From contig CAWGVJ010000004.1 of assembly GCA_963826005.1 (NCBI GenBank), forward strand, positions 37,279-101,278: DNA of 64,000 bases, written 5' to 3'. This DNA comes from an uncultured Solirubrobacterales bacterium. Its GTDB lineage: Bacteria; Actinomycetota; Thermoleophilia; Solirubrobacterales; JBBDJG01. The translations under genes were made by a program, and so were the position numbers. Of the stretch, positions 40,726 to 51,821 are shown one piece after another (position 1 is the stretch's first letter; each line of letters starts with the position of its first letter). The notes under the pieces are model-generated. The model was not told where the DNA came from and ran no database searches. It saw only the letters and a list, made by a program, of their open reading frames with translations.

Positions 40726-41780
40726 ATGCGAAGCCGGGCATAACGGTCCACACGCTGACCGATGGTGGCCAGACCCCGCTCGCGATCGCGCAACGACTGG
40801 CAGCATTCGTCGAGGAGGCGAGGACGAGCCTCGACATCGCGGTCTACGACTTGAAGCTCGAGCGCGAGTCCGCGGAAGTTGTTGGCGGGGCGATCCGTGA
40901 CGCTGCGGCAAAGGGCGTCGCGGTCCGTGTCGCTTACAACGTCGACCACGGCAATCCGATCGCAGTCCCTCCGCCTCCGCGCACGGACACCGACCTCGTC
41001 GCCCAGTTGGGCGTCCCGTCCGCAGCGATCCCGGGCGTCCCGGACCTGATGCACCACAAATATGTGGTCCGGGACCGCGCGTCCGTGTGGACGGGCTCCA
41101 CCAACTGGACGCACGACTCGTGGTCGCGCGAGGAGAACCTGATCGTGATCGTGGACTCCGCAGCGCTCGCCGCCGCGTTCGCACTCGACTTCGAGCAACT
41201 CTGGCGCTCCCGAACGGTGGCCGGGACCGGCGACGTCGATCCCGATGCGATCAAGATCGGGGCACCGAGCGTCCGGTCCTGGTTCTGCCCGGAGCACGGT
41301 CCCGATCTGGCAAATCGAATCGCGCGGGCGATCGGGCGCGCCCGGATGCGCGTGCGAATCGCCTCGCCGGTCATCACCTCCGGGCCCATTCTGGGCACGC
41401 TGGCCGAGACGGCAGCCGACGGAAAGGTGGATGTCGCCGGCGTCGTCGACGCGACCCAGATCAAGGAGGTCTACGGCCAATGGCGCGGCAACGAGCGCAC
41501 GCGCTGGAAGCTCACCTCACTTGCCGAGGTGTTCCGATCCGCCGAGTTCACCGGCAAGCGCTCGACGCCCTACCGTCCGGGCAGCATCCACGACTACATG
41601 CACGCCAAGGTGACGGTCGCCGACGACGTCGCCTTCGTCGGGAGCTTCAACCTTTCGCACTCGGGAGAGATGAACGCGGAGAACGTGCTCGAGATCGCGG
41701 ACCCGGCGCTGTGCGAGCAGCTCGTCGCTTTCATCGACGGCGTGCGCTCGCGCTATCCGAAAGCGCCGCTTCCACCTTGA
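40722..41780 (+). CDS. phospholipase D-like protein with two HKD motifs
   Basis: GTG 40722 (GTGA overlap with the LOG stop) in ORF 39978..41780 gives 352 aa. HKD motifs HHKYVVRD...GSTNW and HAKVTVAD...GSFNL. Confidence 0.85.
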   Translation: MNAKPGITVHTLTDGGQTPLAIAQRLAAFVEEARTSLDIAVYDLKLERESAEVVGGAIRDAAAKGVAVRVAYNVDHGNPIAVPPPPRTDTDLVAQLGVPSAAIPGVPDLMHHKYVVRDRASVWTGSTNWTHDSWSREENLIVIVDSAALAAAFALDFEQLWRSRTVAGTGDVDPDAIKIGAPSVRSWFCPEHGPDLANRIARAIGRARMRVRIASPVITSGPILGTLAETAADGKVDVAGVVDATQIKEVYGQWRGNERTRWKLTSLAEVFRSAEFTGKRSTPYRPGSIHDYMHAKVTVADDVAFVGSFNLSHSGEMNAENVLEIADPALCEQLVAFIDGVRSRYPKAPLPP

Positions 41781-42264
41781 TCCCATCCGACAGCTTGGTG
41801 CTGGTCCGGCTCCGGGAGGCGGACGCCGACCGCCTGGTCGGACTGCTTGACGAGCCGCTGCTGCGCGAGTGGCTCCAGGCGCGAGGACGTCGGCAGCCTG
41901 CGAGCGCGCTTCAAGCGCTGGGAGTCCGGCTCTTCTCCCGACGGTCGGGAGTCCTGGCTCAACTGGATCGTCACCTCACGTGCCGACGATCGAGCGCTCG
42001 GCTGGGTGCAGGCGACCATAAGTGACGACGTCGCCGTCGTTGCTTACGCGATTCTGCCCGGCGAACGAGGACGCGGCGTCGCCACCGAAGCGGTGCGCAC
42101 CATCACGCGCTGGCTGCACGAGCAGCCCGGGATAACCGCCGTGGAGGCCAACATCGACCCCGAGAACCACGCCTCGCGGTCGGTCGCGGCCAAGGCTGGT
42201 TTCACCGCCGACGGACCGAATGCGTGCCGGCGAAGAGGTCTGGCGCTACAAGCCGGCGATCTGA
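41777..42264 (+). pseudogene. GNAT family N-acetyltransferase, two frame changes (~41885, ~42216)
   Basis: TTG 41777 (TTGA overlap with the PLD stop). Acetyl-CoA motif ERGRGVATEA. The tail is restored as ...DGRMRAGEEVWRYKPAI* by removing one C at 42216-42217. Confidence 0.7.
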
Positions 42265-43146
42265 CGTGTGCGCTCGCTCGCCGACGCGGCACTTGCCCCG
42301 CGCTCGGCCACCTGCCGTTCGTACTCGCGGATCGCGTCGGGCACGGTCTTGCCCGTTTGGCGCTCGGCCAGCCGGGAGGCAAGCAGCTGGCGCACGGGGA
42401 GGATCTTCAGGAACCAGCGTGGGTAGGCGACCCGGCGGCGGCGCTGCGCGATCGCGGCCACGACCTCGTCGATCGCCGGGGGCAGCGGGTAGGTGCGCGA
42501 GAGCAGGCTGGGCATCTCGGCCTTCGCGCGCTGCAGCAGCGGCAGCTCGCGCTCGCCGTCGTTGACCATGTCGGTGTCGAGGAACAGGAAGTACGCCACG
42601 CCGACATCGACTCCGAGCGGCTGCATCTCGATGCGCAGGCAGTCGCTGAGCGCCTCGACTCCCGCCTTTGCCGCGCAGTACGCGCTCATCCCGGGGCCGC
42701 GCAGCACCGCCGCGGTCGAGGCGATGTTGAGCACGTAGCCGCGGCTGCGCTCGAGGTGGGGGAGCGCCGCCCGGTCCGTGTACATGACGCCGACCAGGTT
42801 GATCTCGATCACCCGCTCCCACGAGCGCAGATCCTGCGAGCGCAACGGCCCACCGGTCGCGATCCCTGCGTTCGCCACCACCACGTCGAGCCCACCGAGC
42901 GCCTCGGCGGCCGCGTCGATGGCCTGCGTGACCTGTTCGTTGTTCGACACGTCGCACTCTGCGACGAACGTGCCCTCGCCGCAGCGCGCTGCGACCGCCG
43001 TCATGCGTCTCGGGCTCGAGACCGACGAGCGCGAGCCGCGCGCCGTGTGATGCGAGCCGTTCCGCGAGCGCCGCGCCGATGCCGCGCGCCGCGCCGGTGA
43101 TGAGAACGCGCTGACCGCGCAGCACGGAGAGGTCGGGGGTGGCCAT
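42246..43146 (-). pseudogene. short-chain dehydrogenase/reductase, one frame change near 43005
   Basis: ATG 43146 with TGAARGIGAA (ORF 42202..43146). The remainder lies in ORF 42246..43181, including NAG and the catalytic YCAAKAG. Confidence 0.8.
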
Positions 43147-43215
43147 ACCCGGACCATATGGAGCCGCGGCACCCGGCGCAAGGGCGCACCGCCGCCGCCT
43201 CCCCGGCGCGGGGAT

Positions 43216-45152
43216 CTACGGAATGAAGACCCCGGGCCGGGCGAACAGCGCGTTCGGCCCGGTGGCCGCGACCCCGTCGCTACCGCCGTCGAGCACGTCG
43301 ATGCTCCCGAGCTGCCAGATCGCGCGCCTGCGCTCGACCACGGCGCCGGGGAGGATCGCGTTGAAGCTCGACGTCAGCGAGCAGGTGGCGCCGACCGACG
43401 AACTCGCGGTCGCCGCACAGGGAGTCGTGATCGGGAACGGCGTGTCCTGCGTCGTGGCCCGATCGGTCCCCGTGGCCACGTCGTTCCGGTCGGTGATCCG
43501 CACGGTCGGATTGACCTGCAGCTCGCCGGCGTAGTCGGACAGGTCGCTGCGCAGGCGGACGTCGGTCATCGAGACCGAGACCTGCACGTCTGCCTCGTTC
43601 TGCGGCGTCGATGGATCCCCGACGATCACCCCGAACAGCGCGAAGCCGGTCGAGTTCGCCTGCTGGCCGTTGGAGTCGGCGGTCCCGATCGTGAGCTGGC
43701 CGGAGGCCTGCTGCGGCGGGTTGCACGACGGGAAGGACAGCGGCGGCCCATGCTGGCGGTTGGAGCTGTTGCACGGCAAATAGGCCGGCACGAGCGAAAC
43801 GCGCACCGGCGACGCGCCCTTCGGGCGCGGGTAGCCCTCGTCGTAGCGGGCAACAGCGAAGTTCGGTGGATTCGGCCCTGTGTCGCTATAGCCGGCCGCG
43901 ACGATCTTCTCGCCCTGGATCGCCAGCCCGTAGGCCACATCGACCGCGCCGAAGTCGGTCACCACCTTCCCGTCGACGTCGAAGCTCGTGTCGAGCGAGC
44001 CGTCGGCGTTGTAGCGCGCGAGGGCGAAGTCGTGCTGGGTGCCCGCAGCCGTGTAGCTGTAGCCCGCGGCGACGATCTTGTCGCCCTGGATCGCGACCGC
44101 CTGTCCGGCGTCGTGGACGGCGATGTCGGTCACGACCTTGCCGTCGCCGTCGAAGCTCGTGTCCGGCGAGCCGTCGGCGTTGTAGCGGGCGAGGGCGAAG
44201 TCGTAGGTGCCCCCAACCGTGCTGTAACCCGCGGCGACGATCCTCCCGGCCTGGATTGCGACCCCGAAGGCCTCGTCCCCCCGCCGAAGTCGGTCACAAC
44301 TTTGCCGTCGCCGTCGAAGCTCGTGTCCGGCGAGCCGTCCCCGTTGTAGCGGGCGAGGGCGAAGCTGTCGGAGCTGCCGGGATTTACGGTTGCGGAGGTG
44401 TAGCCGGCCACGACGATCGTCTCGCCCTGGATCGCCAATCCCTGGCCGAAATCGTTGCCCCCGATGTCGCTCACAACCATGCCGTCGCCGTCGAAGCTCG
44501 TGTCGAGCGAGCCGTCGTCGTTGTAGCGCGCGACGGTGAAGTTCACCTGTGTGCTGATGTTCGTGTAGTTGTAGCCCGCGGCAACGATCTTCTCGCCCTG
44601 GATCGCGACCGCGAGGGCAACATCCTCCAGGCCGAGGTCGGTCACGACCTTGCCGTCGCCGTCGAAGCTGGTGTCGAGCGAGCCGTCGGCGTTGTAGCGG
44701 GCGAGGGCAAGGTCGAGCGCGTGCCCGGAGGGATCGAACGTGCCTCCGAGTGAATGGGGAGGTGTAGCCCGCGACGACGATCTTCTCGCCCTGGATCGCG
44801 ACCCCATAGGCCCGTGTCGGTGATCTGGCCGAAGTCGGTGACGACCCTGCCGATCACCGTCGAAGGTCGTGTCGAGCGAGCCGTCGTCGTTGTAACGAGC
44901 GAGGGCGAAGTCGCCCCCGCTGCCGCCTGCAACCACGGTCTTCCCGTCGGCTTGAACCGCGACACCCCGGCCGGTGTCGCCGCTCCCCAGGTCGGTCACG
45001 ACCTTCCCGTCGACGTCGAAGGTCGTGTCGAGCTGCCCGGCTGCCCAGGAGGAGGTGGGACTCGCTGCGACCGCCAGCGCGGTCACGACCGCGAGGAGCC
45101 AAGCCCCTGCGGATCTCCGATTCAGTCGGTGCCTGGCCGTCCTGGCCGGCAT
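43216..45152 (-). pseudogene. secreted delta-60-repeat (beta-propeller-like) protein with unnamed C-terminal domain; at least 5 frame changes
   Basis: ATG 45152 after ACAGGAGGGG. Signal-like RRSAGAWLLAVVTALAVAASP. About 8 repeats of ARYN-DGSLDTSFDGDGKVVTD...AIQ-KIVAAGY. Pieces lie in ORFs 44130..45215, 44642..44965 and 43216..44133. Confidence 0.7.
43850..45040 (-). repeat. tandem ~170-180-nt coding repeats (delta-60 repeat units)
   Basis: Recurrent peptide unit FALARYN(A/D)DGSLDTSFD(G/V)DGKVVTD(F/L)G seen about 8 times in the translated frames. Confidence 0.65.
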
Positions 45153-45277
45153 GCGAACCCCTCCTGTTTGGTTCAGGGCGCCTGCCGACTGGACGTAGCC
45201 ACTCCTTGCCACCAAGCGCGCCTGGCGACGAACCTACCACCGATCCGGACGCCAAGCTACTGCTTTTCTACCTCAAG

Positions 45278-45302
45278 AAAAGCCCGCTCAGGGAGGGTTT
45301 TT
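45278..45302 (-). terminator. weak A-tract/hairpin/T-tract terminator-like element after the Gfo/Idh/MocA gene
   Basis: The minus strand reads AAAAACCC-TCCCTGAGC-GGGCTTTTCTT directly after the stop at 45305-45307. Confidence 0.35.
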
Positions 45303-45304
45303 CG

Positions 45305-46358
45305 TCACGGTTCCGTGATCTGGTGCTCGGCCGCACTGCGGCGGGCGGCGTCGATCACCTCGAGCACTGCGACCGCGTCCGCCGGATCCACGGGCGGCGG
45401 CCCGCCTTCGCGCAGCGCGCGCTCGAGCTTCGTATAGAAGCGCGGCCACGCACCCGGCTCGCTCGGCACCGTCTCGCTCTGCTCGCCCTTCACGAGCCGG
45501 CCCCAGCGCGACTCCGGCTCGATGCCCCAAGGCTCGGAATCATCCGGGCGCCGGCCGGAGCGCAGCGCGTCCTCCTGGCCGTCGACCTCCGCGACCACGT
45601 ACGCGGCGCGCGTGCCGAGCACGCGCAGGCGTGGCCCGGGCGCGGCGGCCAGCGCCGACATCCACAGGTGGCTGTAGGCACCGGAGCGGTGTCGCAGCGC
45701 CAGGAAAGCGTCGTCGTCGCCGGGCGAGCCGCGGCGGTTGTCGATCTCGGCGTAGACGTGGCTCACCGGCCCGAACAGCTGCAGCGCCTGATCGACGAGG
45801 TGGCTCCCGAGGTCGAGCAGGACGCCACCGCCTTCTCCCGGCCCCGCCGTTTCGCGCCACGCATCCGCCCGCGCGTCCGGACGCCAGCGCTCGAAGCGCG
45901 ACTCGTACCGCACCACGTCCCCGAGCATGCCCTCCGCCAGCAGCTTGTGCAACGTGCGGTAGTCGGAGTCCCAGCGCCGGTTGTGGAACACCGTCAGCAG
46001 CTGCCCGCGGGCGTGCGCGTGCTCGACCAGCTTCGCCGCCTCCGCGGCGTCCGGCGCCAGCGGCTTGTCGACGACGACCGCCAGTCCCGCATCCAGCGCG
46101 CGCTCGGCCAGCGGCACGTGGGCGTCATTCGGCGCCGCGATCACCACGAAATCGTGCTCGTCCGCAAGCCGCCAAAGCTCCTCCGGCGTCGCCACCACGC
46201 GGGCTCCCGGGTGGTCGCGCAGCGCCTGCTCGCGCCGCCCCGGATTGCCGGTCACGACCGTCGCCACGGCCAGGCCGGGGGTCGACGAGATCAAGGGGAG
46301 CGTGGAAGCTCGCGCCGGCGAGCCCGTAGCCGACGATCGCCCCTTTCAGGTCGCGCAT
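45305..46358 (-). pseudogene. Gfo/Idh/MocA family oxidoreductase, one frame change at 46295-46298
   Basis: ATG 46358 (MRDLKGAIVGYGLAGASFHAPL) joins ORF 45305..46294 (ISSTPGLAVATVV...). The frame is restored by removing one G from the GGGG run on the plus strand. Confidence 0.85.
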
Positions 46359-46474
46359 TGCGGGAGCGTAATGCCAAGCCGTCCAATGCTTGGATGGAGA
46401 AAAGCCCAGACGTGATATGACCTGTCCTGGGCATCGGTCGCAAGCCCGCGGCCACCCCGAGTGGAGGTGAGGAG

Positions 46475-47565
46475 ATGAGGCGTAAGACCCTCGGTATTTT
46501 CGGCGCGGCAGCGATGCTGCTGGCGCTGGTATCGATCGCCGCCGGTTGCGGCAGCGACGACGGTGGCGGTGGCAGCGGCACGATCGCGCTGCTCCTGCCG
46601 GAGAACCACACGCCGCGCTACGAAGCGTCTCGACCGGCCCAACTTCGAGAAGAAGGTCAAGGAGCTGTGCAGCGACTGCAAGCTGCTCTACAGCAACGCG
46701 ACTCAGGACGCGGCCAAGCAGCAAAACCAGGCCGACGCCGCGCTCACACAGGGCGCGGATGTACTGGTCCTGGACGCGGTCGACGCGGGCTCCGCCGCCG
46801 CGATCGTGAAGAAGGCAAGTGCGCAGGACGTACCCGTCGTCAGCTACGACCGCCTCGTCACGGACGCGGACGTCGCCTACTACGTCTCGTACGACAATGA
46901 GCGCGTCGGCAAGTTGCAGGGCGACACCCTGATCAAGGGACTCAAGGAGCAGAACAAGCCCACCGGCCCGGTCGTGATGCTGGCCGGCGACCCGGCGGAC
47001 AACAATGCCAAGCTGTTCAAGAAGGGTGCGAACGACACCCTGAAGGCGGCTGGGGTGAAGATCCCCAAGTCATTCGACACGCCGGGATGGAGCGCCGACA
47101 AGGCTCAGAACCAGATGCAGCAGTCGATCACGTCGCTCGGCAACGACGGCTTCGCCGGAGTCCTCGCAGCGAATGACGACCTCGGCGGCGGCGCGATCGC
47201 GGCGATGAAGTCAGCCGGGATCAAGCCCGCGGACCGCCCCACCACCGGTCAGGACGCGACGCAGGCCGGACTGCAGCGGATTCTCATCGACGAGCAGTTC
47301 ATGACCGTCTGGAAGGCGAGCAAGCCGGAAGCCGACTCGGCGGCGCAGATCGCGGTGGCGCTCGCCAAGGGCGACGACGTACCCTCGGACCTGATCAACC
47401 AGCAGGTCAACAACGGTCAGAAGGATGTGCCGTCGGTGATCCTGACGCCGGTCGCCATCCTCAAGCCCGACGTCAAGAAGGTCGTTGACGGCGGTGACGT
47501 GTCGGCCGCGGACCTCTGCACAGGGCAAGTTCAAGAGCGCATGCACGGACGCGGGAATCCAATAA
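46475..47565 (+). pseudogene. sugar ABC transporter substrate-binding lipoprotein (xylose/ribose-type), two frame changes (~46620, ~47525)
   Basis: GAGGTGAGGAG RBS. Lipobox LVSIAAGC. The body lies in ORF 46563..47615. The tail is restored as ...LCTGKFKSACTDAGIQ*. Confidence 0.8.
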
Positions 47566-47611
47566 CTGAGTCTCGGGGGCGGGTCGCTTGCGGCCCGCCC
47601 CCACTGACCCG

Positions 47612-48406
47612 ATGAGCACCAACGGCGCACCGCTGCTTGCGCTCAAAGGCGTGAGCAAGCGGTTCGGACCCGTGCAGGCGCTCGAGGACGTCGACTTCGA
47701 GGTGCACGGGGGCGAGGTGGTGGCCCTCGTGGGCGACAACGGCGCAGGCAAGTCCACGCTGGTGAAGTCGATCTCGGGGATCTACATACCGGAAGAGGGC
47801 GAGTTCTCCTTCGAGGGCCGACCGGTGGACTTCAGCGGCCCCAGCGATGCCGTCGCGCTGGGGATCGCGACCGTCTACCAGGACCTGGCGCTGTGCGACA
47901 ACCTCGACGTCGTGGCCAACCTCTTTCTCGGACAGGAGGTCATCGGCTCGGGCGTGGGCACAGTGACACACCAGCTCGACGAGACGGCAATGGAGCATCG
48001 GTCGCACAAGCTGCTCGAGCAGTTCGCTGTCACGATCCCGAGCGTGCGCTCGGAGGTGGGCGGTCTCTCCGGAGGCCAGCGCCAGCAGGTCGCGGTCGCG
48101 CGATCGCTGCTGGGCGAGCCGAAGGTCGTGCTGCTCGACGAGCCCACGGCGGCGCTCGGTGTTCCCCAGACAGCAACGGTGCTCGACCTCATCAAGCGGC
48201 TACGCGAGCGTGGCCTTGGCGTGGTCGTGATCAGCCACAACCTCGCAAACGTGTTCGAGGTCGCAGACCGAATCGTCGTGCTGCGGCTCGGCAAGCTGGC
48301 CGGCGTCTTCGACGCGCACGAGACGACCCACGAGGACATCGTCGCGGCGATCACGGGGGCGAAGCAGGCGCAGGCAAACGGCAACGGCGCGAGCCCCCCG
48401 GCGTGA
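47612..48406 (+). CDS. sugar ABC transporter ATP-binding protein (single-domain)
   Basis: ATG 47612 in ORF 47588..48406. Walker A GDNGAGKST, signature LSGGQRQ, Walker B VVLLDEP. Confidence 0.9.
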   Translation: MSTNGAPLLALKGVSKRFGPVQALEDVDFEVHGGEVVALVGDNGAGKSTLVKSISGIYIPEEGEFSFEGRPVDFSGPSDAVALGIATVYQDLALCDNLDVVANLFLGQEVIGSGVGTVTHQLDETAMEHRSHKLLEQFAVTIPSVRSEVGGLSGGQRQQVAVARSLLGEPKVVLLDEPTAALGVPQTATVLDLIKRLRERGLGVVVISHNLANVFEVADRIVVLRLGKLAGVFDAHETTHEDIVAAITGAKQAQANGNGASPPA

Positions 48407-49612
48407 GCACCACCTCGCCACCCGCACCGACCGGCCTCGAGCGTCCGACCCGCCGGGAGATTCTGCGGCGGTTCGTACAGGGCGATCTCGCGTCGCTGCG
48501 CGTGATCCTCGGCGTGGCCCTGATCTGGATCATCTTCCAGTCCCAGAACGACCGCTTCCTGACGGCCGTCAACCTCACCAACCTGATGCTCCAGATCACT
48601 GCGGTCGGCCTGATCTCGGTAGGAGTCGTCTACGTGCTGCTGCTGGGAGAGATCGACCTTTCGGTCGGCGCCGTCAGCGGTCTGGCGGCCGCCGTGATGG
48701 CCGTGCTCAACGTCAAGCACGGCTGGGACCCGTACCTTGCGATCGCCGCCGGGATCGCCTGCGGAATGGCGATCGGGTTCGCGCAGGGCTCGCTCTTCAC
48801 CGGTTTCGGCATCCCGTCGTTCGTGGTGACGCTCGCCGGGCTCCTGATATGGCAGGGCGCGCTCCTCTACGTGCTCGGCGATACGGGCACGATCAACATC
48901 ACGAACAGCAAGATCACCGGCCTCGCCAACACCTTCTACTCGGATGCGGTCGGTTGGACGATGGCCCTGGTCAGCGATCGGCCTCTACGCCGCGGCCACC
49001 CTGTGGGCTTGGCGTCAGCGCGTGGCCGCGGGCCTCGCCGACAGCCAGCTCACCGGGCCGTTGATCCGCATCGTCGTGGTCGCGGTCGTCGTGATCGCGG
49101 CGGTCGCGGTCCTGAACGCCGACCGCGGCGTGCCGTTGGCGGTGTTGATCCTCGTCGGCTTCGTGGTCGGCATGGAATACGTCGCGAAGCGCACGCGCTT
49201 CGGACGTCACGTCTATGCCGTGGGCGGCAACGCCGAGGCGGCGCGGCGGGCAGGCATCAGCGTGCACACGATCCGCGTCACCGTGTTCGCGATCGGGGGA
49301 TCCATGGCGGCGATCGGCGGCATCATGCAGGCCTCGCGGCTCCTCGCCGTCAACCAGGGGTCCGGGGGGAACGATCTGCTCCTGCTCGCGATCGCGGGCC
49401 CGGTGATCGCGGGCACGAGCCTGTTCGGCGGCCGCGGCTCGGTCTGGTCGGCGCTGCTCGGCGCGCTCGTGATCGGCTCGATCTCGAACGGAATGGACCT
49501 GCTGGCGCTCGAATCGTCGGTCAAGTTCATGGTGACCGGCGGCGTCCTGCTCTTGGCTGTGATCGTGGACGCGCTCGCACGCCGGCAGCGGCAGGCCGCC
49601 GGGCGCGTGTAG
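48403..49612 (+). pseudogene. sugar ABC transporter permease, one frame change near 48960
   Basis: GTG 48403 (GTGA overlap) in the frame of ORF 47893..49887, then ORF 48944..49612. Typical ribose/xylose-type permease helices. Confidence 0.85.
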
Positions 49613-49621
49613 CTAGTGCCA

Positions 49622-51241
49622 CTAGACCGGGCGCAGGTCGCCGGCCAGGAACTGGTCGCGCAGGACGAACTTCTGCACCTTGCCCGACGGCGTCATGGGG
49701 AACTCGTCCACGAAGACCCAGATGCGCGGTGCCTTGTATGCGGCGAGCTCCGCGCGGACGTAGGCGGCCAGCTCGTCCTTCTCGAGCTTCGTGCCCGGCG
49801 CCGCCCGGACGAACGCGCACACCTGCTCGCCCCACTTCTCGTCGGGGATCCCCACCACGGCGGCGTCGCCGACGCACGTGTGGGTGAACAGGCGCTGCTC
49901 GATCTCGCGCGGGAAGATGTTCTCGCCGCCGCGGATGATCATGTCCTTCAGCCGCCCCTCGATGCGGCAGTAGCCGCGATCGTCCATCGACGCGAGGTCA
50001 CCTGTGCGGAGCCATCCGTCGCCGTCGATCGCATCGGCGGTCGCGTCGGGCATCTCGTAGTAGCCGTGCATGACGAGGTAGCCCCGCGTGCACAGCTCAC
50101 CGACCACGCCGCACGGGACCGTCTCGCCGGTGGCGGGGTCGGCGATCCGCACCTCGGTCTGCGGGAGCGGGCGGCCGATCGTGGTGGCACGATCCTCGAA
50201 GCTGTCGTCGAGGCGGCCCTGGGTGATCACCGGCGAGCTCTCGGTCTGGCCGTAGATGATCGAGAAGCTCAAGCCGAGCCGGTCCTCGATGCGCTTCACC
50301 AGCTCGGGCGCCACGAGCGCCCCGCCCGAGAGCGCGGCGCGCACCGATGAGAGGTCGCGCGTCTCGAACCCGGGGTCCTCGGTCAGCGCGATCAGCACGG
50401 TGGGAACGCCGGCGAGCGCGGCCGGCCGCTCCGTCTCGATGAGATCGAGCATCAGGCCGGACTCGAACGCGAGGACCGGGACGTGCGCGAGCTGGTGCGA
50501 GACGCAGCCCAGCGCGCCGAGTCCGCAGCCGGCGGTGTGGAACAGCGGGAACGGGTTCACGTAGGCCTCGCCCGGCGCGAACTCGAACCGGCCGAGCGTC
50601 ATCCGCGCGTTGTTCGTCAACCCGCGATGGTGCAGCAGCGCACCCTTGGGAAAGCCGGTCGTGCCCGACGTGTACTGGATCTGGACGGGGTCGTCCGGAG
50701 CGACGTCGGGAAGTTGCTCGGTGGGCGCGCCGGACGCCAGAAACGCTTCGAAGTCGGTGAAGGTGAACGCCTCGCGCAGCCCGGGCAGCTCGCTGCGGAC
50801 GGTCTCCAGCGACTGCGCCATCGGATTGCCGCGAAACTCGGGCAGCAGGAAGATTCCGGCCGCGCCGGACTGCTCCAGGACGTACTTGAGCTCGCCGGGC
50901 TTGTATGCCGGGTTGACCGTCACCAGGATCAGGCCGGCCAGTGCCGCGCCGAATTCCACCACCTCCCACTCCGGGATGCTCGGCGCCCACACCGCGACGC
51001 GCTCGCCGGGCGCGAAGCGCCCGAGCAGCGCGCGGGCGCAGCGCTCCGCGTCCTCGAGCAGCTCGCCGTATGTCCAACGCCGGCGCTGCGCCGGATCGGG
51101 ATGCCCGCCGATCAGCGCGACCGCATCGGGCACGGCCTGCGCCGCGTCGCGCAGGATCCCGCCGACCGTCGTTTCCAGGACCTGCTCGCTCTGGTCCGCG
51201 GGGTAGTACGACTCGCTCAGTGCCGAGGTCGTGACGGCCAT
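49622..51241 (-). CDS. AMP-dependent acyl-CoA synthetase/ligase
   Basis: ATG 51241 (M29 of ORF 49622..51325). AMP-binding motif YTSGTTGFPKG. Other motifs TGD and GRLKDMIIRGGENI. Confidence 0.9.
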   Translation of the reverse strand: MAVTTSALSESYYPADQSEQVLETTVGGILRDAAQAVPDAVALIGGHPDPAQRRRWTYGELLEDAERCARALLGRFAPGERVAVWAPSIPEWEVVEFGAALAGLILVTVNPAYKPGELKYVLEQSGAAGIFLLPEFRGNPMAQSLETVRSELPGLREAFTFTDFEAFLASGAPTEQLPDVAPDDPVQIQYTSGTTGFPKGALLHHRGLTNNARMTLGRFEFAPGEAYVNPFPLFHTAGCGLGALGCVSHQLAHVPVLAFESGLMLDLIETERPAALAGVPTVLIALTEDPGFETRDLSSVRAALSGGALVAPELVKRIEDRLGLSFSIIYGQTESSPVITQGRLDDSFEDRATTIGRPLPQTEVRIADPATGETVPCGVVGELCTRGYLVMHGYYEMPDATADAIDGDGWLRTGDLASMDDRGYCRIEGRLKDMIIRGGENIFPREIEQRLFTHTCVGDAAVVGIPDEKWGEQVCAFVRAAPGTKLEKDELAAYVRAELAAYKAPRIWVFVDEFPMTPSGKVQKFVLRDQFLAGDLRPV

Positions 51242-51334
51242 CGGCACACTATCCCCGCATCGGCCCCCGGCGGCAAGGGCGAACCGAGCGAACAGGCGCG
51301 ATCTGTCAGGTTCCCGGTTTTCCACCGGCCATTT

Positions 51335-51348
51335 GTTAGCCTGCTAAC
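51335..51348 (+). promoter_or_regulatory. palindrome GTTAGC-CT-GCTAAC; candidate MarR operator overlapping a leaderless promoter
   Basis: Ends 2 nt before the MarR ATG (51351). TAGCCT (TANNNT) lies 8 nt upstream of the ATG. Confidence 0.45.
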
Positions 51349-51350
51349 CA

Positions 51351-51821
51351 ATGGCCACCTCGTCCAGGCACGACCGGCGGCAGGCGGAGGCCTTCACCGC
51401 CGGCCTCGACGACTTCCTGCGGGCGCTGCGCACCGCCCGCGGCCGCTTCAACCGCGCCCCCGTCGTGCCGGAGCTGAGCGCGTCGCAGTTCCACCTGCTC
51501 GAGCCGCTGGCGACCAGCCCCGGCCCGCTGCCCATGTGCGCGCTGGCCGACGCGGCCGACGTCGCCCCGCCGACGGCGAGCCGGATGCTCGACGGCCTCG
51601 TCAAGCGCGGCATCGCGGAGCGCATGCGCTCCGACGAGGGCGATCGCCGCCGCGTCGAGATCACGCTCACGGTGGAAGGACGCAAGCTCGTCGCGGCCAA
51701 GCGGAGGCGCATCGCCGAGGCGCGGGAGCAGGTCTTCGACCGGCTGTCCCCCGGTGAGCGCCGCGCGGCTGCACGCCTGCTGCACTCCCTCGCTGCGGCG
51801 ATCGACGACCTGCACCCATGA
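51351..51821 (+). CDS. MarR family transcriptional regulator
   Basis: 156-aa ORF. Winged-HTH region (LSASQFHLLEPL...APPTASRMLDGLVKRGIAER...DRRRVEITLT). Confidence 0.9.
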   Translation: MATSSRHDRRQAEAFTAGLDDFLRALRTARGRFNRAPVVPELSASQFHLLEPLATSPGPLPMCALADAADVAPPTASRMLDGLVKRGIAERMRSDEGDRRRVEITLTVEGRKLVAAKRRRIAEAREQVFDRLSPGERRAAARLLHSLAAAIDDLHP

